NCBI GenBank assembly: GCA_009924895.1
Contig: RFQR01000001.1
Coordinates: 79,575 to 143,574 of the forward strand
Length of the DNA: 64,000 nt
From: a bacterium
GTDB taxonomy: Bacteria > Patescibacteriota > Minisyncoccia > Phycocordibacterales > UBA2100
Direction: 5' to 3'
Positions 1-8,140 of this stretch are shown piece by piece; within the stretch, counting starts at the first letter, position 1, and each line of letters begins with the position of its first letter. Under the pieces are notes generated by a model. That model had not been told where the DNA came from, did not search any database, and was given only the letters and a program-made list of their open reading frames with translations. The position numbers were made by a program, and so were the translations under genes.

Positions 1-698
1 TTCTTTGCCATAAAGAGTCCGAAGCCGCTGCCGAGCGCGCCACTGCGCTGCGCGTTTGAGGCGCGGTGGTATCCACTAAAAACAGCCTGTAGCTCATTTT
101 TGGGGATTCCAATACCTTGATCCTGTACACTCACAATTTTATGCGTTCGATCCTGCGTGCATGAGACACGTACCACTGAGTGTTCAGGAGAGTACTTCAC
201 TGCATTACTGAGCAGGTTATCAAAAACAAGTCGGAGTCGTACGGGGTCCGCCAGTATAGGCGCTGTTCCCTCAAACAGAGGATCAACCCGGACTGAGGTA
301 TGTTTCATCTGCGCAACAGATTGCGCTTGGGCAACTGACTCGCGGACCATGGCAGCAAGGTCAATGTTTTTCAGATCCTTTCGCTTCATGTGCGTGTAGT
401 CTGCTGCTGCGGTTTCAAGGAAGGTGTTTGAGCGCGTAATGATGGCAGTAATTCGATCATACAATTCGTTCACAATCGTACGGGCATCTTGCGAAAGGGA
501 AGGTGAATTACGAAGTTCTGAAAGTGCCCAACGCACCGCAGTAAGTGGTGAGCGCAGTTCGTGCGATGCCGTCGCGACAAATTCCATTTTGAGGTCAGCG
601 AGTTCGCGCATCTTGTGTTTCATGTGTATGAGAAGACCGATGATACATAAAATAAGTCCACATGAAAAAATAAAAAGAAAGAGATCGAGGGCCAGCAT
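1..698 (-). CDS. Sensor histidine kinase (HisKA + HATPase), runs off the window start
   Basis: Manual minus-strand translation from ATG at 698: N-terminal TM helix, H-box EFVATASHELRSPLT, N-box NLLSNAVKYS, G2 box LGSGFGLFMAK. Absent from the ORF track because there is no stop in the window. Confidence 0.9.
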   Translation of the reverse strand, partial: MLALDLFLFIFSCGLILCIIGLLIHMKHKMRELADLKMEFVATASHELRSPLTAVRWALSELRNSPSLSQDARTIVNELYDRITAIITRSNTFLETAAADYTHMKRKDLKNIDLAAMVRESVAQAQSVAQMKHTSVRVDPLFEGTAPILADPVRLRLVFDNLLSNAVKYSPEHSVVRVSCTQDRTHKIVSVQDQGIGIPKNELQAVFSGYHRASNAQRSGALGSGFGLFMAK

Positions 699-788
699 GT
701 ATCTAAGTATAACTCGACGTCAGAAGGTGGTTTGTATTGTATGGATTAATAGGTATACACTATCATCTCAGGTAAATACAATTAATGT

Positions 789-1586
789 ATGAAACGCGGA
801 GCCCGTCCAAAGGGAACTGTTAATAAAAATTGGTCCCCAGGACTTGCTTATGTTGTTGGGTTGATTACCTCTGACGGTTGTCTTTCTAAAAATGGTCGCC
901 ACATCGATATTACATCGAAAGATTACTCGCAAGTGAAGCTTTCGAAGAAAATATTAAACGTATCCGTAAAAATAGGTAAGAAAAACGCTGGGGCTAATAA
1001 CGAAGCGTATCGAATTCAACTTGGAGATGTGCTTTTCTACAGGTTTCTGCTCAATATTGGAATTACGCCTTCGAAATCAAAAACAATCCAAAATGTACGA
1101 GTCCCAAAAAAGTATTTTTCTCACTTTTTGAGAGGGTATTTTGATGGAGATGGAACTACTTCCTCGTATTACGATTCCAAGTTTCACAAAAGCTTTCGAT
1201 TTTACCTCTCTTTCATGTCAGCCAGTCCCCAATTTATTTTTTGGCTGAGAAATAAAATAAACCTTTTGGTAGGTGTAGAGGGGCACCTCAGTGGCTACTC
1301 TGATAGAAATTATCTGCAACTACGGTATGCAAAGAATGAGGCGTGTGTAGTGGCTCGCTACATGTATAAAAATAAGGACGATTTATTTTTGCCGAGAAAA
1401 TTTATTAAAATTCAAAAAACTCTCAAAATCATAGAGAATAGTTTGGTTAGTGGGCGCGGAAGCTCGGTCAAGCACTCAGAAAAATGCCGCCACATTTTTC
1501 TTCCGCCTGACCACGATTTTGCATCCCGTTCTACTGAACGGGTCCCAGCAAAATCTTTCTCGTCTCCCCGCGCCCAAAAAATCTAA
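789..1586 (+). CDS. Free-standing double-motif LAGLIDADG homing-endonuclease-like protein; C-terminal ~45 aa read through the inserted folded element
   Basis: Motifs LAYVVGLITSDGCL and FLRGYFDGDG. AT-rich relative to flanks. No intein splice termini. Confidence 0.85.
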   Translation: MKRGARPKGTVNKNWSPGLAYVVGLITSDGCLSKNGRHIDITSKDYSQVKLSKKILNVSVKIGKKNAGANNEAYRIQLGDVLFYRFLLNIGITPSKSKTIQNVRVPKKYFSHFLRGYFDGDGTTSSYYDSKFHKSFRFYLSFMSASPQFIFWLRNKINLLVGVEGHLSGYSDRNYLQLRYAKNEACVVARYMYKNKDDLFLPRKFIKIQKTLKIIENSLVSGRGSSVKHSEKCRHIFLPPDHDFASRSTERVPAKSFSSPRAQKI

Positions 1587-1621
1587 TCGCCCGAAGCCAT
1601 GCTTCGGTCTGAAGAGTTTTA
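1450..1621 (-). repeat. tRNA-Leu-derived folded element (acceptor-stem mimic with inverted target copy)
   Basis: 1450-1459 GTGGGCGCGG is identical to 5552-5561. 1562-1576 is the exact reverse complement of 5553-5567. Stems 1451-1459/1568-1576, 1478-1486/1493-1501, 1515-1522/1548-1555, 1525-1531/1536-1542, and hairpin 1591-1607. Confidence 0.75.
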
Positions 1622-1776
1622 GTGGACGATTATACTCTACGCACGAACTTTTTGACACTATAGCATCCCACACCGAAAGCATGGAAGCGTGGAATGATGC
1701 AATACGCGAGTTTTTGAGCCAAGATCGCAAGGCCGCAGTGCTACCCGTGCTCCTGTAGGCGCGGTAGAATGAGGGT

Positions 1777-2040
1777 ATGTGGAAGCGCAAAGACAACCTA
1801 ACCGATCTCACTGAACGACTCCCAAATGTCGATGTTTCAGCACCGCCCGCTCCTTCCGTCGACCAACAAGTCGTGAATCCCTATGGTGAAATCGTGACTC
1901 TCGGCAACAAGAAGCCCGAAAATCCCGCAAAAGAGATCAAGGGTATTCCTCTTGAACTTATGGAGTTAGTGAACGCAACGAAGCGTGCCGTCGAAAAAGC
2001 GTTTGACAGAGCCATCGAGCGACTGCAAAAGCACGAATAA
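1777..2040 (+). CDS. Hypothetical protein (island cargo)
   Basis: 87-aa ORF with TAGAAT box 6 nt upstream of ATG; followed closely by the next ORF. Confidence 0.6.
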   Translation: MWKRKDNLTDLTERLPNVDVSAPPAPSVDQQVVNPYGEIVTLGNKKPENPAKEIKGIPLELMELVNATKRAVEKAFDRAIERLQKHE

Positions 2041-2048
2041 CCACGAAC

Positions 2049-2567
2049 ATGAGAAAGCCAAAAGAAATCGAGGAACTGATCAAGCGAGCGATACGCGATG
2101 AGATCGCGCTGCACCCTCTCAAGTCCGTGGCGCAAGTACGCATCGCGCTTTTCAAGTATGGATACCAAGCCCTTGAAGGCCCGCTCGACTGGCACTATGT
2201 TGCCCGACTCATGCGTGCGATCCGCAAGGAAAATCTCAAGACACTTACGAATCAAAGTCGAGCCGAACGCATTGCGACACTCAAAGAACGACACCGCCTG
2301 ATCACACAAAAACTTGCCGACATTCTCGATGGTAAACCGATCTCACGAATGCACGACATCTCCTATCCCGCACACGCGGATCGAGTAGCCGCCGCAAACA
2401 CAATCCTCAAGTGGGATATGGCAATGTTTTTTGCGGAGGAACAATCACCATCCGTGCCTGGGGTAGAAAAAACTACGGGTGAAATTGTTCAGCCTATGAT
2501 ATTGAAAATCGAGAGTCGCGAGACGAATATCCCAAGCATTCCACAAAGAGCGTTCGTGCGGTTGTAA
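2049..2567 (+). CDS. Hypothetical basic helical protein (island cargo)
   Basis: 172-aa ORF in operon arrangement, followed by a terminator hairpin. Confidence 0.65.
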   Translation: MRKPKEIEELIKRAIRDEIALHPLKSVAQVRIALFKYGYQALEGPLDWHYVARLMRAIRKENLKTLTNQSRAERIATLKERHRLITQKLADILDGKPISRMHDISYPAHADRVAAANTILKWDMAMFFAEEQSPSVPGVEKTTGEIVQPMILKIESRETNIPSIPQRAFVRL

Positions 2568-2574
2568 AACAAAA

Positions 2575-2597
2575 CCGCCCCTTGTTGAAGGGGGCGG
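2575..2597. terminator. Hairpin between convergent genes, probable terminator
   Basis: CCGCCCCTT-gttg-AAGGGGGCGG with an A-tract on the left side. Confidence 0.6.
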
Positions 2598-2605
2598 CTG
2601 AGGCG

Positions 2606-2968
2606 CTAGGCCTCAAGGTGCAGAGTGAATGGTGCTCCGCGACCGAAAGCGGGAACAGGGCCACGGACAACCTTTCCAGTCATGTCGATCTGGAAGGCGT
2701 CCTTGCCGAGATATACCCACGCGAGTTTGGTTTTCGCGTCGAACATCCCAACACCTTCCCAGCGTTCGGCGTACAGAGGTGTGCCATCCCTGCGGATGTG
2801 CAGTGCCTTCTTGTTTGCAGCATTCTCGACAGGGAGAATGCCACAGCAAAAGCGCGAAGATACGGGCAGGTACCCTTCTTCTCTCGAATAAAGGCGACGA
2901 ATCTCGGCCCGTTCCTCATCGGAAAGCCACGGCTCGCCTGTAGGCGATACTGGACTCCTTGGCATCAT
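2606..2968 (-). CDS. Small WG/KWG-repeat-like protein
   Basis: HIRRDGTPLYAERWEGVGMF...LAWV...FQIDMTG resembles WG-repeat units. Confidence 0.5.
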   Translation of the reverse strand: MMPRSPVSPTGEPWLSDEERAEIRRLYSREEGYLPVSSRFCCGILPVENAANKKALHIRRDGTPLYAERWEGVGMFDAKTKLAWVYLGKDAFQIDMTGKVVRGPVPAFGRGAPFTLHLEA

Positions 2969-3060
2969 TTTGCTCCTGTTTCCAACATCCTAGCCGGAAT
3001 CACGGCTGCAAGAATTGTAGCACGTTACAGGATGTCTGTCAAACAAAATCGTGAACCTTT

Positions 3061-3639
3061 TTACTCAAACCTCGTCAAAACTTTGTCCAAGATCTTGCTC
3101 CCACCTCCTGCCTCGAGCACTGCAGCATACAACGTCTCGAAGTTCGCTTTGTCTTTGTAAAATGCAAAGTCATGGCTCGCTCGCCGGATCTCTTCTCGGA
3201 GCGTTGTTGCACTCTCAAAATCCGCAACCTTGATGTTGTGCGCTACTGCCCACGATCGCAAAATCGGGAGATTGTTTTGCGCGATTAGTTCATTCGCAAG
3301 AGCAAGAGTGAATGCTAGCCGTCGATCGTCTGCGTTGAGGGTATTGAAATCTGATGTCTTGTTTGCCGTGTTTGGCGTTGTTGGGGCTTTCGGCGCGGAT
3401 GAGAAAATTGCCTCGCTTTTTGTGCTTTCAACGATCGTGAGGCCAGTATTCGGGCTTTGTGAGGGCATTATCGACGAGGGCGAGGTAACAGCAAACAGGA
3501 AAAAGAAAGCGAGAGCCGCAGTGCTGAAAATTGCCATTACATGCAGTCGAGATGGGGTGCGTAACCACGCGGGACGTATGAGACCGATCACAAGTCCTGC
3601 AAGAGAAAGTAAGGCGAGAGCCGCAAAGATGTTGTACAT
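3061..3639 (-). CDS. Membrane-anchored hypothetical protein (2 TM helices, S/T/P linker, helical domain)
   Basis: Probable start MYNIFAALALL at 3639; two hydrophobic segments. Confidence 0.7.
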   Translation of the reverse strand: MYNIFAALALLSLAGLVIGLIRPAWLRTPSRLHVMAIFSTAALAFFFLFAVTSPSSIMPSQSPNTGLTIVESTKSEAIFSSAPKAPTTPNTANKTSDFNTLNADDRRLAFTLALANELIAQNNLPILRSWAVAHNIKVADFESATTLREEIRRASHDFAFYKDKANFETLYAAVLEAGGGSKILDKVLTRFE

Positions 3640-3685
3640 AGAAGTTCGCTTGATTGCTAAACAACCGTGCGAACTCTTTCCACAC

Positions 3686-3855
3686 AAAAAGCCCGCCACG
3701 GGCTACGGCTTGCGCCGTACGCACCAGTTTCCCGGTGCGGCAGAACATGCGACCTCATGACGGGTTCTTTATGCATGTTCTGCCTCCCACAACCATGCCG
3801 AGTCGTTGTTCGATTCGGTTTAGGTCGCCGCCCTTCCGGGCCGATATTTAGTTGT
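3686..3855 (-). ncRNA. Structured leader/ncRNA with terminator and possible antiterminator, family unknown
   Basis: TACGAT -10 box at 3867-3862. 12-bp stem 3739-3750/3773-3784, GAAA and GCAA tetraloop hairpins, then AGCCCG-tgg-CGGGCT followed by a U-tract. Confidence 0.6.
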
Positions 3856-3921
3856 TCTTACATCGTACAGGATTTTTGCGATTTACTCCACTTCGTCGCT
3901 GATTTCCGCTATGATCACTAT

Positions 3922-5601
3922 ATGCAACTCAACACCCCTGCCGACCTCCTCGCGGCACTCAAAGATCTCCACACTCCCATCAATGACCAAGCCTCGATCA
4001 AGGAATATCGCTACGTTGTTTACATCCGAAAATCCACGGATCAAGAGGAAAAACAGGTGCGCTCACTGGCCGACCAGATACTCGAATGCAAAGAATATGC
4101 CGAGCGCGTAGGTATCACGATCCGCGACGAAGACATCGTGCAAGAAGCAGAATCTGCGAAAGAGCCGGATATCCGACCCAAGTTCCGCAAGATGATCAAA
4201 GACATCCAAGAGAAGGGTAAATACGACGGCATCCTCGCATGGCATCCCGATCGCTTGGCCCGCAACATGAAAGATGCGGGAGAAATCATCGACCTTCTCG
4301 ACAAGGGCACGATCAAGGATCTCAAGTTCGTGAGTTTTTCGTTTGAGAAAACAACCGCGGGCAAAATGCTCCTCGGCATCATGTTCGTTATGTCCAAAGA
4401 GTACAGCGACAAACTTTCCGACGACGTATCACGCGGGAACAAGCGGAGCATCGAGGAAGGCAAATACATCAACAAAAACAAACATGGCTATTTCAAGGAC
4501 GCGAATCAGCACATGCAGCCCGACGGCGAAAACTTCCTTTTGATCAAGCAAGCGTTCCGTATGCGCGTCGAGGGTAAGACGATGAAAGAAATATCGGAGT
4601 TTTTGAACACAAATCACTACATGAAATGGCACACAAGCAAACCTCGCGCGATATTCAAGTGGAATCCACAGACGATTGAAAAGACACTCAAAGATCCCTC
4701 ATACACCGGAATCGTCATGTACGGAAAATCCCATCGGGTAGCATTCGTGAATCTAATCGATGCGTACGGATTCCAACCGATGATCTCGGTGTCGGAGTTC
4801 ATGCAAATCAACAAACTTACACATGAAAAACAACTTTTCAAACTTGCTCGAAAGTATCGCAAGGGTGAAGACGTGAAAGCCGATCTCATGCGCGGCATGG
4901 TGATCTGCGACGGGTGCGGCGAGGCCATGACCGCAAGTATCACGCCCAAGAAAACACCACACGGCGTTACGCGCTATTTCTACTACCGCTGCGAATCAGA
5001 GGATTGCGAACGAAAACCACGATCGATTCGCGCAAAAGTCGTGCTCGCTCACATATTCGATTTTCTCGACACGCATCCGTTCTCCACGAAGGAAGCGTAC
5101 GAACATTATGCAAAAGAGATGGAGCGTGTGGCTGCCGAGCGCAATCGTACTGCTCAACAACTCTCACAGACACTCCGCCTCGAAAGAGGCCGGATTGAGG
5201 ATCACTTGATCACAACGAAAGAGTACTTGATCGAAGAAAAGGACGAAACGATCAAAAAATCATACAAGAGTGATGTGCTTCGCTACGAGGCCCGGATCAA
5301 AGAACTCAAGGGCGAGATCGAGAAAGCGCAGACCGTCGTAGCACGTCAAAAGGCCGCGATTCTGACATACGAAAACTTCCTCGAACTCATGGAAAAAATG
5401 CCTAAAATCCTACGTTCTATGCAGAATATGCAGGAGATGGATTTCCTGATCCGCAAAATCTACACGAACTTTACAATCGAGGGAAAAAACGTAGCAAAAT
5501 CAACGCTTTCTGCGCCATTCGATGCGCTTTACACCCTCAAAATCTCAAACGGTGGGCGCGGGGAGACTCGAACTCCCAAGCCTTTCGGCACACGCTTCTG
5601 A
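3922..5601 (+). CDS. Large serine recombinase (resolvase, recombinase, Zn-ribbon and coiled-coil domains)
   Basis: YIRKST catalytic motif, ESAKEP..RP.F, WHPDRLARN, CDGCG...YYRC...C. Likely ATG at 3922 (TATGAT 6 nt upstream). Last 16 codons are antisense to tRNA-Leu. Confidence 0.95.
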   Translation: MQLNTPADLLAALKDLHTPINDQASIKEYRYVVYIRKSTDQEEKQVRSLADQILECKEYAERVGITIRDEDIVQEAESAKEPDIRPKFRKMIKDIQEKGKYDGILAWHPDRLARNMKDAGEIIDLLDKGTIKDLKFVSFSFEKTTAGKMLLGIMFVMSKEYSDKLSDDVSRGNKRSIEEGKYINKNKHGYFKDANQHMQPDGENFLLIKQAFRMRVEGKTMKEISEFLNTNHYMKWHTSKPRAIFKWNPQTIEKTLKDPSYTGIVMYGKSHRVAFVNLIDAYGFQPMISVSEFMQINKLTHEKQLFKLARKYRKGEDVKADLMRGMVICDGCGEAMTASITPKKTPHGVTRYFYYRCESEDCERKPRSIRAKVVLAHIFDFLDTHPFSTKEAYEHYAKEMERVAAERNRTAQQLSQTLRLERGRIEDHLITTKEYLIEEKDETIKKSYKSDVLRYEARIKELKGEIEKAQTVVARQKAAILTYENFLELMEKMPKILRSMQNMQEMDFLIRKIYTNFTIEGKNVAKSTLSAPFDALYTLKISNGGRGETRTPKPFGTRF

Positions 5602-5634
5602 GACGTGAACGGTTACCAATTTCGCCACGCGCCC
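5553..5634 (-). tRNA. tRNA-Leu(CAG)
   Basis: Acceptor GGGCGCG/CGCGCCC-A, anticodon arm CACGT-CT CAG AA-GCGTG, long variable arm GCC-GAAA-GGC, T arm GGGAG-TTCGAGT-CTCCC. CCA not fully encoded. Confidence 0.95.
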
Positions 5635-5690
5635 GCAGCAGAGAGTATTGTATCTATTTTACCCGTTTTGGAAAATGATATGATTCTGTA

Positions 5691-5894
5691 ATGGACTCAC
5701 AAACTCAGCAGAAACTTGCAGAACTTGAACAAAAAATTGATGCAATTTATGTATCGGTCGAAAAAACACGCAGATACTTTCTCGGTACGCTCATAGTAAC
5801 TGCGATAGCGTTTCTTCTACCGCTTGTCGGGCTCCTCCTTGCTATCCCGTCACTTCTCTCGACGTATAGCGATATTTCGAATCTCAGTATTTAG
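5691..5894 (+). CDS. Small membrane protein (coiled coil + TM helix)
   Basis: 67 aa; TATGAT 6 nt upstream of ATG. Confidence 0.75.
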   Translation: MDSQTQQKLAELEQKIDAIYVSVEKTRRYFLGTLIVTAIAFLLPLVGLLLAIPSLLSTYSDISNLSI

Positions 5895-8113
5895 CGCGAG
5901 AACCAGGAGCGAATCCATTGGGTAATACGCGAGAGGAATGAATCAGGTACGGCATTTACCGCAGTTGCTGTCTGTTCGAGGGGTGGTGTTTCTGGAGATG
6001 CGACAGGTTGTGTTTGAACCACTTTTAATTTTTTCTGTACGGCAAGTTTCTTTCCAATTTTTTTAGGAATAACCAGATTCGTTGATGACGCTACGGACGA
6101 GGTGCTTGATGCCGCTCCTACGAGAGGAGTGCTTGTTGCATCTTCTGGTGACGTAGTTGCGATTGCCAGATTTGCTGTGACAATCGTTGACGTGGTAGTG
6201 CTGGTCGCCATGGTTATGACTGGTGAGGTACTCGATACTGGTGTTCCGCCACCCCCTACAGCTACAGGAATCGGAAACGTCTGCAATACGGTGATCCAGC
6301 TACGGCCCGATGCTGCGGTCAAGGCATAACTCGTACTCCAGAGACGATTATCAACGCTGTCAGTTGTAGGACGAACCCCGCCATCAGGTTGTTGCGCAGC
6401 AGCAAGTGCGTCTTTCGGCAATGCACCGGTAGAAGTTTTCCAGGCGCTTTCGGGCGACGCGTGCGCTTCGCTAAAGGAGTTCAAAGCGGTCATGACCCAG
6501 CTCGTTGAATCGATGTTCCCCCAGCCGCCATCACTGTTTTGTACTGATTTAAGGTAACCAATCGATTTCCCGAGTCCTCTGTTTACTCCCGGCACCGCAA
6601 AAAGAGCGCCAAGCGCCTGTGTCGCCGCCGCAGTAACGTCGGGACTATTTTCCCATGAGCCGTTCGGACTTTGCTTTGAGAGTACGAACGCTGCAACTTT
6701 TTGAATAATGTCGTCGTTTTGAGTGTAACCTGCGTGTTCGAGCACGATGAGTCCGAAAATATCGTCGTTCACGAGTGATGGATCGCCGATTTGTGTACCA
6801 TCAAATGCAGCAATGATTGGTTTTATAACGTTGCGCGTAGACCCTTTGTAGGGGTCAATACCGAGTGCCATAAGTGCCATCGCATGACGCATATAGTCTG
6901 TCACACTCCCAAAATCACTATCGGGTTGCGGATTGAGCATAAATGCTTTGATTGCATCAGTTGGGCCTCTGTTTGCCGCAATACCGATTGCCGCCCAATC
7001 TGAATATAGTAGTGATCCAAACGAACCGTTTTGCTTTTGCTTGCTTGAAAGAAAGGCAAGTGCACCTGGTACATCAAATACCTTGGGCCCACTTGTTCCA
7101 GCAGGTGTTCCACCGCCGCCTGTTGCCTGAGACACCATGAGAGGAGTATTGGGAAAGTAGCCAGTATTTTGAATACCGGCGGCATAGGTGCCAGCAATAT
7201 TCACGATAACGGTTGCCACGCCGTTTGTATCAGTTGTTGAGGTTGCGAACTCGGTGGCGATAAAATTGCTATCGAACTGCACTACACCCACGACTTCATT
7301 CGGTGCAGGAACGTACGTGCCAGTTGCAGGATCGTACCGTTTAGCGGTGATAGTGACTGACTGTCCGGTTTGTATGCTTGAAACCGAGGTGGTGACTTGC
7401 CACGGTGATCCAAAAATGAGATAGACGGTGTCATTACCAGAAACGGTGTACGAGTCAATACCAACAGATGGAAATGTGTTGTTTACCGCATACGTCCAGT
7501 TGTTGCAATCAGGTGAAGTGGTTGCGGTAAAAGTAATACAGTTGAGGAGAAACGAACTAAAAGATGGGTAGTACTGAAGATCGCTCACCGCGAAACTGCT
7601 GTCAGTGGTATCGAGTGATGAGAGAAGCGCCAACACACTGCGCGCAGGTACGTTGTATGTGGTCGTAGTTCCTGTTGGAGTGATAGATACATCTGGTGTG
7701 GTAGTCCCTGGAAGTGTAAGAGTCACTGGCCCTACCGTCTGAGAGCTGCCACGGATGGTCAATGTGACAGTCTCTGGTGTAGGCACAGGTGGTGTGTTGT
7801 CGACAATGATAACGAGTGAGGATGTAGTAGTGCTGTTACCAGATACGTCTGTTGCGGTCCAAGTAACGGTAGTGGTACCAACAGGGAAAGTAGTAGGTGA
7901 GTAGGTAACTGTTGGATTTGGGTCAGTATCATCGGTTGCAGTTGCAGGTACTAAAAGTGGCGAAGCAGGAAAGGTGCTGGTGGCGAAGGTCTGGTCAGCA
8001 GGCGCTGTTATGGTCGGTGCGGTTGTGTCTGGGGTCGGTACTGGAAGGGCATGCGCTGATGGTGAGTATAAAAAGGGAAGGACAATAAGGACACTCAGTA
8101 GTATTTTTTTCAT
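5891..8113 (-). CDS. Secreted protein with HYR-like, DUF4430-like and prenyltransferase/squalene-cyclase alpha/alpha barrel domains (transcobalamin-like)
   Basis: Signal peptide; DTTAPTIT..FPVGTTTVTWTATD (HYR); WTYAVNN.FPSVG.DSY (DUF4430-like); repeated Q..(N/D)G(S/G)(W/F) motifs; S/T-rich tail. Confidence 0.8.
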   Translation of the reverse strand: MKKILLSVLIVLPFLYSPSAHALPVPTPDTTAPTITAPADQTFATSTFPASPLLVPATATDDTDPNPTVTYSPTTFPVGTTTVTWTATDVSGNSTTTSSLVIIVDNTPPVPTPETVTLTIRGSSQTVGPVTLTLPGTTTPDVSITPTGTTTTYNVPARSVLALLSSLDTTDSSFAVSDLQYYPSFSSFLLNCITFTATTSPDCNNWTYAVNNTFPSVGIDSYTVSGNDTVYLIFGSPWQVTTSVSSIQTGQSVTITAKRYDPATGTYVPAPNEVVGVVQFDSNFIATEFATSTTDTNGVATVIVNIAGTYAAGIQNTGYFPNTPLMVSQATGGGGTPAGTSGPKVFDVPGALAFLSSKQKQNGSFGSLLYSDWAAIGIAANRGPTDAIKAFMLNPQPDSDFGSVTDYMRHAMALMALGIDPYKGSTRNVIKPIIAAFDGTQIGDPSLVNDDIFGLIVLEHAGYTQNDDIIQKVAAFVLSKQSPNGSWENSPDVTAAATQALGALFAVPGVNRGLGKSIGYLKSVQNSDGGWGNIDSTSWVMTALNSFSEAHASPESAWKTSTGALPKDALAAAQQPDGGVRPTTDSVDNRLWSTSYALTAASGRSWITVLQTFPIPVAVGGGGTPVSSTSPVITMATSTTTSTIVTANLAIATTSPEDATSTPLVGAASSTSSVASSTNLVIPKKIGKKLAVQKKLKVVQTQPVASPETPPLEQTATAVNAVPDSFLSRITQWIRSWFSR

Positions 8114-8140
8114 GATAGTAATGACGTTAATAATGAATAA

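Larger units (their letters stand above)
1450..5561. mobile_element. LSR genomic island integrated at the 3' end of tRNA-Leu(CAG); left boundary either 1450 or ~1622
   Basis: LSR gene runs into the tRNA. 10-bp direct repeat at 1450/5552 and a shorter GTGGnCG match at 1622/5552. Cargo is hypothetical ORFs. Confidence 0.8.

Noticed and set aside
1450-1576. Second true tRNA or intron-containing tRNA
   Set aside because: It has an acceptor-like stem but no D loop, anticodon arm or TTCG T-loop. Reported as a mimic element instead.
789-1586. Intein or group I intron-encoded endonuclease
   Set aside because: No Cys/Ser...His-Asn splice termini, no interrupted host gene or rRNA, and the tRNA-Leu is uninterrupted.
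3667-3921. 85-aa N-terminal extension of the recombinase given by the ORF track
   Set aside because: It overlaps the opposite-strand structured RNA and is not protein-like. ATG 3922 has a correctly placed -10 box.
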